DNA of 25,097 nt from a virus. Its lineage: Duplodnaviria; Caudoviricetes. The notes beneath the pieces are model-generated. The model had not been told where the DNA came from. It made no database searches and saw only the letters and a list, made by a program, of their open reading frames with translations. A program made the position numbers and the translations under genes. Where the stretch lies: IMG/VR virus record IMGVR_UViG_3300017785_001576, positions 1 through 25,097 of that record; one strand, written 5' to 3'. Positions 1-7,065 of the stretch are shown here, in pieces (positions within the stretch are counted from its first letter, which is position 1; every line of letters starts with the position of its first letter).

Positions 1-152
1 TAGTACTCAATGTCAATGTTTCCACCAACATCTTTGTAACTACCTGTAACAGGAAGTCCTACAATATGAACTAGAATGTGTTGCAATGTAGCAAAAGCAA
101 CCATTCCAATAATAAAACCAATAAGTAATTGGTCATTAAGTTTTTCTTTCAT
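1..152 (-). CDS. Small membrane protein, ~50 aa (MKEKLNDQLLIGFIIGMVAFATLQHILVHIVGLPVTGSYKDVGGNIDIEY), runs to window edge
   Basis: Manual translation; ATG at 152 in the same TTATTCTT-ATG context as the 748 gene; hydrophobic stretch; last codon TA? truncated by the edge. Confidence 0.65.
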   Translation of the reverse strand, partial: MKEKLNDQLLIGFIIGMVAFATLQHILVHIVGLPVTGSYKDVGGNIDIEY

Positions 153-171
153 AAGAATAAATTTAAGATTA

Positions 172-264
172 ATAAAAAAAGAAAACCCTCAGTTACTACA
201 TGCACTTAATTTTAAATGTGGTATATATTAGTTGTGCACACCACTTATCATTTTGGGTTTTCTT
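172..264 (-). ncRNA. Putative structured small RNA / leader element
   Basis: 10-bp closing stem AAGAAAACCC/GGGTTTTCTT followed by a U-run on the minus strand; inner stem GTGGTGTG/TATACCAC; lies downstream of a motif copy at 270-295; only a 7-codon ORF inside. Confidence 0.35.
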
Positions 265-269
265 AAATA

Positions 270-295
270 ATTTAATAAAAGTTATATGCTGTATA
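270..295 (-). promoter_or_regulatory. Bipartite motif copy 1 (TATACAGC-N5-ACT-N4-TTAAAT), putative early promoter
   Basis: One of four aligned copies. Confidence 0.6.
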
Positions 296-310
296 TAAGC
301 TGCTGAAAGC

Positions 311-343
311 AAAAGAAAAAGAAAAGGGGCACTAAGCCCCCTT
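311..343 (-). terminator. Rho-independent terminator after ORF 347..748
   Basis: GGGGC-TTAGT-GCCCC stem then TTTTCTTTTT on the minus strand. Confidence 0.8.
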
Positions 344-346
344 AAA

Positions 347-748
347 TCACTTCTTAGTTGGATATTCCATAAGAGCAAATTTATCATCATTACTAAGTAA
401 CTTTTCAAGGTTATACTTGTATTGAGATAATTCTTCTTTGAATAACCACCATTGTGATACTTCTTTTCCTAATTGAAATAATCTTTTGATTGTTTCAAGT
501 CTTTCTTGAAAGTCAGTTGGGTCAACACCCAAATCACTACAAGCATCTATGTTACTTTTAGTAACTCCAATAGCAAACAAGAATTGTCTTTCAGAAGAAT
601 AAGCATCAATAGAGAAAGTATTATTTATAATAATATTTCCTATTGTGTTTATTTCTTCTTTAAGTAATTTATGTTCACTGATTGCAAATTCATAATCAGT
701 AATAGATTGCTTATAAGCATCTAACTTTGTGATAACTTTAGTTTTCAT
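347..748 (-). CDS. Hypothetical protein, 133 aa, probably helical; likely early gene
   Basis: ORF flanked by upstream motif (33-nt gap to ATG) and downstream terminator. Confidence 0.8.
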   Translation of the reverse strand: MKTKVITKLDAYKQSITDYEFAISEHKLLKEEINTIGNIIINNTFSIDAYSSERQFLFAIGVTKSNIDACSDLGVDPTDFQERLETIKRLFQLGKEVSQWWLFKEELSQYKYNLEKLLSNDDKFALMEYPTKK

Positions 749-763
749 AAGAATAATTTTAAT

Positions 764-789
764 AATTATTAAAAGTAAGAAGCTGTATA
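764..789 (-). promoter_or_regulatory. Bipartite motif copy 2 (TATACAGC-N5-ACT-N4-ATAATT)
   Basis: Aligned copy; octamer ends 33 nt before ATG 748. Confidence 0.6.
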
Positions 790-823
790 AAAGAAAAAAA
801 ACTTAGGAATCTCTTCCTAAGTT
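790..823 (-). terminator. Rho-independent terminator
   Basis: AACTTAGGAA-GAGA-TTCCTAAGTT then U-run on the minus strand. Confidence 0.8.
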
Positions 824-830
824 CTAAATA

Positions 831-899
831 TTATCCATTAATATTTACAGTCCATTCTAAGATGGTAATGACACCATCAATTATAACATAAGTATTCAT
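831..899 (-). CDS. Micro-protein, 22 aa (MNTYVIIDGVITILEWTVNING)
   Basis: Not in ORF track; exactly fills the space between motif copy 3 (33-nt gap) and a terminator. Confidence 0.6.
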   Translation of the reverse strand: MNTYVIIDGVITILEWTVNING

Positions 900-914
900 A
901 ATTTCTAATTTTTT

Positions 915-940
915 AATTAAGAATAGTTTTATGTTGTATA
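915..940 (-). promoter_or_regulatory. Bipartite motif copy 3 (TATACAAC-N5-ACT-N4-TTAATT)
   Basis: Aligned copy; octamer ends 33 nt before ATG 899. Confidence 0.6.
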
Positions 941-942
941 AT

Positions 943-977
943 AGAAAAAAATACTATAAGCCTAAGCTTATAGTATT
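943..977 (-). terminator. Rho-independent terminator
   Basis: AATACTATAAGC-TTAG-GCTTATAGTATT then U-run on the minus strand. Confidence 0.8.
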
Positions 978-1084
978 AGTGGTAGTAAATAAATACTATC
1001 AAGTAGCAGGCAAGTAATAATACATTTTGCATATTCCATCCAGGAATCACATTTTAGTACAGGTATCACGCATAGACTTATCAT
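968..1084 (-). CDS. Small hydrophobic Cys-rich protein, 38 aa (MISLCVIPVLKCDSWMEYAKCIITCLLLDSIYLLPLIL); alternative start 1105 gives 45 aa
   Basis: Manual translation; sits between motif copy 4 and a terminator that overlaps its stop. Confidence 0.55.
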   Translation of the reverse strand: MISLCVIPVLKCDSWMEYAKCIITCLLLDSIYLLPLIL

Positions 1085-1096
1085 AGCATATAATTT

Positions 1097-1122
1097 AATT
1101 AACATAAGTATTATGTTGTAGA
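1097..1122 (-). promoter_or_regulatory. Bipartite motif copy 4 (TCTACAAC-N5-ACT-N4-TTAATT)
   Basis: Aligned copy. Confidence 0.55.
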
Positions 1123-1189
1123 AACTTTTCTACTCTAAAATATTTCTTAAAATATTTCTGACATATGAGTTTTCTGATAGGAAACACAT

Positions 1190-1245
1190 AGGGGGTACCA
1201 CCCAGCTGTGGAAACCCCGGGGTCTGTTTTATAGGGGCCCACCAC
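1190..1245. other. GC-rich palindromic island at the divergence point; candidate genome terminus / packaging signal
   Basis: GGGGGTACCACCC, ACCCCGGGGT and GGGGCCC in an otherwise AT-rich sequence; non-coding. Confidence 0.35.
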
Positions 1246-1310
1246 TTGTCAACATACACAACAAAATTTATATGGAAAAAAATTTTTTGTTTCTGTTTAT
1301 TTCTGTCAAG

Positions 1311-1341
1311 AAGCCCTGGATGTATGTTCAGGGTTTTTTTT
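1311..1341 (+). terminator. Rho-independent terminator
   Basis: AAGCCCTGGAT-GTAT-GTTCAGGGTTT followed by T-run. Confidence 0.7.
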
Positions 1342-1348
1342 ATATTTG
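1341..1348 (+). promoter_or_regulatory. Bacteroidota-type -7 promoter element TAnnTTTG
   Basis: TATATTTG 4 nt before ATG 1353 (near-leaderless transcript). Confidence 0.55.
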
Positions 1349-1352
1349 CAAT

Positions 1353-1985
1353 ATGGCATATATAGAGCACAATTTTTTTCCTCTCAAAGTATTTGTTAGG
1401 AATGAGTACATGTACCAAGGTACAAAGGGTCAAGGAGAGTTTACTCCTGGGGTAATAATATCAGTAAGATGTCTTCCGGGACAAGCTGCTTTGTTTCAAG
1501 TGTTGTTAGAGAATGGAGTACTTAGAGATAAGTTACCTTCTCATGCGTTACTAACTGAACCAAAGACACCAGATCCAGATTTACCATTTCATTATCTACA
1601 GATATGGAATTGTTTTTCATACAATTTTACTCTATTACATTTATCATATCTCTATGATACTACAGTAGAAGTGTATATGAAGGATCATAAGTTTTACCCA
1701 GGTAGTTACTATGGTACTATTAACTGGGGAAGTAATGATCTTAACACAGATTTATCTTTAGCTGAAGATCCATTAGAACATAAGAGTCATCATATTATTT
1801 TACTTGACAATGGTCAGATAGCTCTACAACCAAACAATAGAATTAAATGGTCTGAGCCTTCATTTGTAACTAAACCTTTTCCAGAGAAACCAGATTACTT
1901 AGTTAATAAAGACTACTATAACTGTGAAGGTTTTGAAAAATGGCATACAGAAGATTCTGAAAGAATGTTTTATGATACAGAATAA
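1353..1985 (+). CDS. Conserved phage hypothetical protein (MAYIEHNFFP..., 210 aa)
   Basis: Motifs VRNEY, DKLP, LQIWNC, HKS..LDNGQ..QPNNR that I recall from aquatic phage hypotheticals; start moved from 1272 because the extension runs through a terminator. Confidence 0.8.
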   Translation: MAYIEHNFFPLKVFVRNEYMYQGTKGQGEFTPGVIISVRCLPGQAALFQVLLENGVLRDKLPSHALLTEPKTPDPDLPFHYLQIWNCFSYNFTLLHLSYLYDTTVEVYMKDHKFYPGSYYGTINWGSNDLNTDLSLAEDPLEHKSHHIILLDNGQIALQPNNRIKWSEPSFVTKPFPEKPDYLVNKDYYNCEGFEKWHTEDSERMFYDTE

Positions 1986-1989
1986 TTAT

Positions 1990-1997
1990 TATATTTG
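1990..1997 (+). promoter_or_regulatory. Bacteroidota-type -7 element TATATTTG
   Basis: Intergenic match to TAnnTTTG. Confidence 0.45.
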
Positions 1998-2044
1998 TCT
2001 ACCAACAAACATGAGAGTAACAAAATTCCAAAATTTATTGTCCT

Positions 2045-2347
2045 ATGACTCAGCAACAACAATTGTTGTGGGAAAAGCTGACTGATATAGTTAGGGAAAA
2101 AGGTATGGATAATATTCATGCTAGGGAACTCTATGGTAAAATATGTAAATTAATTAATATGGATAGTAAAACAATGATTAGTATCTCAAGTACTGAAGAG
2201 GGTATTGAGGTTAAAGTAGGAGAAGAAGCTTATGGTAATTTAGCTCTGGTAGGTTTATTAGAAAAGATTAAGTTGAGTCTTTTAGATGAAGCTATGCCTA
2301 CTGAAGTTAAAAAGAGTAATATATCTAAAACTAAATATGATGCCTAG
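2045..2347 (+). CDS. Hypothetical protein (start uncertain; 2159 possible)
   Basis: ORF whose stop overlaps the next start. Confidence 0.65.
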   Translation: MTQQQQLLWEKLTDIVREKGMDNIHARELYGKICKLINMDSKTMISISSTEEGIEVKVGEEAYGNLALVGLLEKIKLSLLDEAMPTEVKKSNISKTKYDA

Positions 2348-2597
2348 ATATACTAAGAAGCCAATTACTATTGAGGCTGTTCAATGGACTGGAGCAAACA
2401 GAAGTGAGATTTTAAATTTCTGTACTGATGGATATGTTAGTTACTCTAATAATACATTAGAACCTGAGTTAAAAATAAAAACTTTGGAAGGATTAATGAC
2501 TGCTACCGTAGGAGATTATATTATTAAAGGAATCAAGGGTGAGTTCTACCCATGCAAAGAAAATATATTTTTAGAAACATATAATAAAGAAATATGA
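2337..2597 (+). CDS. Conserved phage protein, PGDYG-like (KKPITIEAVQW...GDYIIKGIKGEFYPCK..F..TY)
   Basis: Widespread phage family signature; true start 2337/2340 rather than 2286. Confidence 0.8.
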   Translation: MMPRYTKKPITIEAVQWTGANRSEILNFCTDGYVSYSNNTLEPELKIKTLEGLMTATVGDYIIKGIKGEFYPCKENIFLETYNKEI

Positions 2598-2872
2598 GTG
2601 AAGAAAAACCAGTGTATCAAGTAGCTCCAGAAATTGTTGAGCACAAGATCATACCCTTTGGACATCAGTTAGTAGGATTAGATCCTGATAACTTAGATGA
2701 CTCTGAGGTAACTAAAGTAAAGTTATTAGCTGCACAGATGGCTGAAATTTTGAAATCAAATTATGAAACTGAAAGAGGTCCTTTAAAAAGCTTGTTATTT
2801 GATCATGCACTAGGAGAATTAGTTAATGCTCAGATGGCAGTAGTAAAAGTAATCACATTAAAAAATAAATAA
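2594..2872 (+). CDS. Small helical-hairpin protein, possibly Acb2/Tad1-like nucleotide-signal sponge
   Basis: FG..LVGL..P...V..VK...A and A..E...AQMAVVKVIT resemble the FGEKAVGL.FNP / AQMWAVKAIT family. Confidence 0.45.
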   Translation: MSEEKPVYQVAPEIVEHKIIPFGHQLVGLDPDNLDDSEVTKVKLLAAQMAEILKSNYETERGPLKSLLFDHALGELVNAQMAVVKVITLKNK

Positions 2873-3165
2873 TGGAACCATTTAAAAAATTAAGAGGAAG
2901 AACAATTTTGTTGAGCATTCCTGAAAGAAAGAAATCAGTTATTGAATTGAGCTCAAAGGATGAAGAAGCATTAATGGCTGAGGCTGTAAAGATGTGGAAC
3001 AAACTTACTGTATTTGCAGTAGGTGATAAAGTAGAAGAAGTATCTGTTGGAGATCAAGTATATGTCCGCACAGCTTCTCTTAACTTAGAAGTAGTAGAAC
3101 GTATTGATATTGATGGTCAAACTAAGTTAGTTCTTAATGAAGGAGATGTAATTATTATTTGGTAA
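2872..3165 (+). CDS. GroES/Cpn10-like co-chaperonin
   Basis: 97 aa; KLRGRTILL, mobile-loop-like SVIEL, VFAVG..V..VSVGDQV, LVLNEGDVI match the Cpn10 layout. Confidence 0.65.
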   Translation: MEPFKKLRGRTILLSIPERKKSVIELSSKDEEALMAEAVKMWNKLTVFAVGDKVEEVSVGDQVYVRTASLNLEVVERIDIDGQTKLVLNEGDVIIIW

Positions 3166-3219
3166 AAAAAATAGGATTTACAAAAAGCTTTAGTATATTT
3201 ACAAAAAATTAAATTTATC

Positions 3220-3414
3220 ATGACAAATTTTATAATTGCTTTTATAGGTACTATTGTTATTGGATTTAGTTTGTTATTGCATAATGCATTAACTAAACCT
3301 ATATATAATAAGATGTCTAATGTCTATGAAGATGATCCTACTGGTAGACAATATGCTAACTTATTATTAGTTGTTATGTTAGCTGTAGCTTTTTATTTAG
3401 GTACCCGATTATAG
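3220..3414 (+). CDS. Small membrane protein, two predicted TM segments
   Basis: Two hydrophobic stretches in 64 aa. Confidence 0.7.
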   Translation: MTNFIIAFIGTIVIGFSLLLHNALTKPIYNKMSNVYEDDPTGRQYANLLLVVMLAVAFYLGTRL

Positions 3415-3437
3415 TATCCCTGTTTCTCTCCATATAG

Positions 3438-3471
3438 AAGATCCTTAGTTTTTTAGCTAAGGATTTTTTTT
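3438..3471 (+). terminator. Rho-independent terminator
   Basis: AAGATCCTTAGTT-TTTT-AGCTAAGGATTTT plus T-run. Confidence 0.8.
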
Positions 3472-3484
3472 ATTCAATTATTTT

Positions 3485-3501
3485 TAGTATATTATATTAT
3501 A
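3485..3501 (+). promoter_or_regulatory. Putative late promoter TWGTATATT-N4-TATA (fibre operon)
   Basis: TAGTATATT-ATAT-TATA; same pattern at 9336 and 19318. Confidence 0.5.
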
Positions 3502-3524
3502 ATATGTTTTAAAACAAAACAATC

Positions 3525-3863
3525 ATGGATATATTAAACTTCATCTCTTGGATCAAAGGTAAAAGAGTAGTTACTTCTGTTGATCCTGCAAAAACATTAA
3601 TACCTGTAGGACTTAAGGATGGTAGAAGAGATGATGCATATTTGGCTGGTGCTATAACTGTTGCAGATTTTGCAGCACAACTGGGTGGTTCTGATGAAGT
3701 GTTAGGTGTAAGTATCTGGGCTAATGGATTTATATCAGTAGGTTGTATTAATGAAGATATAACATTACCTACACCAGGAAATTTTACTTATCAATCACCA
3801 TTAGCAATGTGTGTTGGTAAAACATTAACGGTTCCTGTAGGAACAACTTTATCAGTAGTATAA
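3525..3863 (+). CDS. Virion fibre anchor/adaptor protein
   Basis: N-terminal MDILNFISWI..RDD.Y module shared with 4750 and 5307; C-terminal TLTVPVGTTLSVV. Confidence 0.7.
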   Translation: MDILNFISWIKGKRVVTSVDPAKTLIPVGLKDGRRDDAYLAGAITVADFAAQLGGSDEVLGVSIWANGFISVGCINEDITLPTPGNFTYQSPLAMCVGKTLTVPVGTTLSVV

Positions 3864-3883
3864 ACAATTAAAATCTAAATAAA

Positions 3884-4717
3884 ATGAGTCAAATAAATGT
3901 AAATGTAGTAGCACCTTTAGGGTATACAGGCACTCCTTTAACAGGAGATAATAACTTTGTTCAAATAGTTGATGCAAGCGGAAATACTATATTCAAAGAA
4001 GATACTGATGATAATTTAGCTATAGGTCTTTTTTCGCTATACGCAAATACAAGTGGAACAAATAATTCAGCTGTTGGATTTGGGTCTTTAGGGCAAATAA
4101 CAAATACAAATCAAAATTCAGCGTTAGGATATAACTCAGGAAATACATTAACATCTGGTAACAACAATGTTTTTATAGGTCAGGCTGCTGCTCCAGCATT
4201 TTCTTCTGGTGATGAAAATATTTTTATTGGCGCATTAGCAGGCGCTTCTATTGGAAATCCTACTTATCAGACTTCAGGAAATAATAATATACATATTGGA
4301 TATAGTACTAAACCTGCAAGTAATACAGCAAGTAACGCTATTACTTTAGGAAATAGTTCAAATAATGTTTTACGTTGTGCTGTAACAAGCATTACATCAT
4401 TGTCAGATGCTAGAGATAAGAAAGAAATTACTGAATTATCAGCAGGTCTTGATTTTGTTAAAGGTCTTAAACCAGTTGAATTTGTATGGGATGAAAGAGA
4501 TAAAAATGGAAAACATAACATCAAAGATTTTGGGTTTATTGCACAAGACTTAAAGAAATCTCAAGAAGATGCTCAATTAGCAGATACTCTTAAATTAGTT
4601 TATGAAGAAAATCCTGAAAAATTAGAAGCAAGTTATGGTAAACTAATTCCAATTCTTGTTAAAGCTATTCAAGATTTATCTGCTAAAGTTGAATTATTAG
4701 AAGCTAAAAAGAAATAA
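3884..4717 (+). CDS. Fibre/spike protein with C-terminal intramolecular chaperone (peptidase S74) domain
   Basis: N..(A/F)(I/V/L)G beta-roll repeats; SDARDKKEI...LKPVEF.W...GFIAQD...YGKLIPILVKAIQDL. Confidence 0.85.
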   Translation: MSQINVNVVAPLGYTGTPLTGDNNFVQIVDASGNTIFKEDTDDNLAIGLFSLYANTSGTNNSAVGFGSLGQITNTNQNSALGYNSGNTLTSGNNNVFIGQAAAPAFSSGDENIFIGALAGASIGNPTYQTSGNNNIHIGYSTKPASNTASNAITLGNSSNNVLRCAVTSITSLSDARDKKEITELSAGLDFVKGLKPVEFVWDERDKNGKHNIKDFGFIAQDLKKSQEDAQLADTLKLVYEENPEKLEASYGKLIPILVKAIQDLSAKVELLEAKKK

Positions 4718-4749
4718 TAATAAGAGTAAATAATTAAAACAAAACAATT

Positions 4750-5298
4750 ATGACAATTTTAAACTGGTTGTACTTAAAGAAACAGCAACTTATCAGAACA
4801 GAAGCAAATAATGCTGACACAGACTTAATAGTATTAGGTGCTGAGGTACCATTTACTACAAGAGATGATGGTTATCAAGACTATGCAATGCCTCTTAAAA
4901 ATGCAGTGCAATCAGGTTGTACAGCTAATACTAAACACTATGAGTTAGACATGGCAATTACTAATACTGTAACAGTAGATACTCCCCGTGGTATTATTGA
5001 TGTTCTTAATACAGGAACACTACCTTTCTCTCCTGATCCAGCTTATGGTAGTTCAGTATTTTTCTTAATTGATAATTTAGATTTAGATCTTACTTTAGCT
5101 AATAGAGATAATATATATGTACAATACTCTGTATATTATAGCCAAGTTTTTGGTGATAATACTATTCCACATTTAATTGCTTCAGGAGTTTCAACTGGAT
5201 TAGGATTTAATCTTTATAATGCTAATCCTGCAATAGCTGATCCTAATAACTGGGGTGGTGATTTATATGTATATTTTGAACTTTATACAATTAATTAA
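4750..5298 (+). CDS. Virion fibre/decoration protein with the shared N-terminal module
   Basis: MTILNWLY..LI.LG..RDDGY..A. Confidence 0.7.
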   Translation: MTILNWLYLKKQQLIRTEANNADTDLIVLGAEVPFTTRDDGYQDYAMPLKNAVQSGCTANTKHYELDMAITNTVTVDTPRGIIDVLNTGTLPFSPDPAYGSSVFFLIDNLDLDLTLANRDNIYVQYSVYYSQVFGDNTIPHLIASGVSTGLGFNLYNANPAIADPNNWGGDLYVYFELYTIN

Positions 5299-5306
5299 AA
5301 AACATA

Positions 5307-6215
5307 ATGGATATACTAAATTTTATAAGTTGGATTGCTGGTAAAAAAAGAGTTGTTAATACAGTTCCTAGTGATTCATTAATCCCTATTGGTATAGCAA
5401 CTCCTCAGAGAGATGACAAGTATACTACTGTAGCAATTAGTACTGCTGATTTTATTGCTCAAGTTGGTCCTGGAACAGTAGGTCCTACCGGTGCTCAAGG
5501 TCCAGCGGGTCCTCAAGGAGTACCTGGTCCAGTAGGACCGGCAGGTCTTAATTGGCAAGGTCTATGGTCAGCACTAGGAGTTTATGCAGATAATGATGCA
5601 GTATCTTTTGGAGGTGCAAGTTACTTCTGTTATAATCCTTTAGGTATAGGACCATCAGCTTCAGATCCAACTGTAGATACAGCTAACTGGGCTTTATTAG
5701 CATCTCAGGGTGCAATAGGACCTCAAGGACCACAGGGTATTCAAGGTATTCAAGGACCTGGTTCTGCAAGTTTTGCATCTGTTGGTTCTTTTGCTACAAG
5801 TAGTATAACTTCAGTAATACTTACTTCTATATTAATACCAGCTAATACATTTACAAGTCAAAGTGCTTTTACAGTAGCAGGTCAATTTTCAGAAACAAGT
5901 GCAAGTTATGCAGGTCGAGCAGTATTCTATATCAATACAACAAATACATTAGTAGGAGCAACACAACTTGCTATTAGTGGCACTACACCTACAATTACTC
6001 AGATATATTACTTTTTCTTAAGAACCTTTTATATTAACGGTTCTACAACAACAGGTTTAGGTGCAAATGTAGGTAATGCAAATGATCTAGGTGCTTTTAC
6101 AGTAGCACCAACAGCAAGTACTATTGACTGGACAGTGAATCAATATTTTATTGTATCCGGTCAAGTAGATAATATATTAGGTAATTTTATATGTACTGGA
6201 GTAAGAATTTATTAA
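5307..6215 (+). CDS. Collagen-like fibre protein
   Basis: Shared N-terminal module; two Gly-X-Y tracts flanking a W.G.W....Y...D.V...G.SY (CBM5/12-like) segment; beta-rich tip. Confidence 0.8.
   Translation: MDILNFISWIAGKKRVVNTVPSDSLIPIGIATPQRDDKYTTVAISTADFIAQVGPGTVGPTGAQGPAGPQGVPGPVGPAGLNWQGLWSALGVYADNDAVSFGGASYFCYNPLGIGPSASDPTVDTANWALLASQGAIGPQGPQGIQGIQGPGSASFASVGSFATSSITSVILTSILIPANTFTSQSAFTVAGQFSETSASYAGRAVFYINTTNTLVGATQLAISGTTPTITQIYYFFLRTFYINGSTTTGLGANVGNANDLGAFTVAPTASTIDWTVNQYFIVSGQVDNILGNFICTGVRIY
5472..5762 (+). repeat. Two collagen Gly-X-Y tracts (5472-5552 and 5709-5762)
   Basis: GPTGAQGPAGPQGVPGPVGPAG and GAIGPQGPQGIQGIQGP. Confidence 0.9.
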
Positions 6216-6225
6216 AATAAAAATT

Positions 6226-7065
6226 ATGTCAATAGGAAATTTAAAAGACTCAGGAAACCAAGGAAATAATTTTCCGTGGCAGTTAAAAGTATTACAAGGT
6301 TTACAAGAGATAGCTATTCAAACAGCACAGCCATTAACTTGTGCAGAAGATTCAGTATCTATTTGTGCAGATGGTGATACATTAACTAGTACAACTATTG
6401 GTGCTGACACAGGATTAGATGTTAATATCATTGGTGGTGTAACCTTAGATGTTACTATTACAGAAGCTAATGATAGCATTCTTGTTTATGGAAATGATGG
6501 TACTACAAACAGAAAGATTAAAACTGATATTAATGGTGAGTTACAAGTAGATGTCTTAACTATGCCAGCAACATTTGCAGAAGATACTGCTCATGTATCA
6601 GGTAACATAGGTTCGTTTGTAATGGGTGTTAGGAATGATTCTAATACTGCTATGACAAATGCAGACGGAGATTATTCTCCTGTTGCTGTAAACGCTAATG
6701 GTGCAGTAGCTATTAATGATGGTGGTAACACTATTACAACAGATACATTACAATTACCAACTACTATTGGACAAACCACTATGGCTGGTTCAGTATCTGT
6801 TACATTAGCTAATAATCAATTAGGTATAGCAAGAAATCCTACTTTTCTTAGACCTTCAGGTTCAAATGGTTCAACATCAGCTAGTGCTTTTTCAGCATCA
6901 TTTGCTAGTGTTGGAACTGCCAATGCTATTGTTGGAGGTATAGATCTTAAACCAGGAGAAACATTAAACTTTGATGCTGGAGCTATTAATAATACTTTAG
7001 CAGCAATAACATATGATACTCTTACTAATGCTGGAGCTGAGTTAATAATTATAACACTTACTTAA
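6226..7065 (+). CDS. Putative fibre/structural protein
   Basis: T/D/G/N-rich beta repeats (D.NGELQVD, EDTAHVSG..G..V); position in cluster. Confidence 0.7.
   Translation: MSIGNLKDSGNQGNNFPWQLKVLQGLQEIAIQTAQPLTCAEDSVSICADGDTLTSTTIGADTGLDVNIIGGVTLDVTITEANDSILVYGNDGTTNRKIKTDINGELQVDVLTMPATFAEDTAHVSGNIGSFVMGVRNDSNTAMTNADGDYSPVAVNANGAVAINDGGNTITTDTLQLPTTIGQTTMAGSVSVTLANNQLGIARNPTFLRPSGSNGSTSASAFSASFASVGTANAIVGGIDLKPGETLNFDAGAINNTLAAITYDTLTNAGAELIIITLT

Noticed and set aside
172-264. Hammerhead/twister ribozyme or preQ1 riboswitch
   Set aside because: Conserved core nucleotides are not found in the required order
196-408. 70-aa minus-strand ORF
   Set aside because: Runs through a terminator and a motif copy and overlaps the 133-aa gene
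270-1122. CRISPR array
   Set aside because: Repeats are degenerate and irregularly spaced with ORFs and terminators between them; no cas genes (the 12947 nuclease lacks the Cas4 Cys cluster)
1095-1433. 112-aa minus ORF and the 1272-1352 extension of the plus ORF
   Set aside because: Both cross the non-coding island, terminator and promoter; the minus ORF is partly antisense to a conserved gene
2070-2076. G GGA AAA -1 slippery site in the 2011 uORF
   Set aside because: The -1 frame hits TGA almost immediately and does not join ORF 2045
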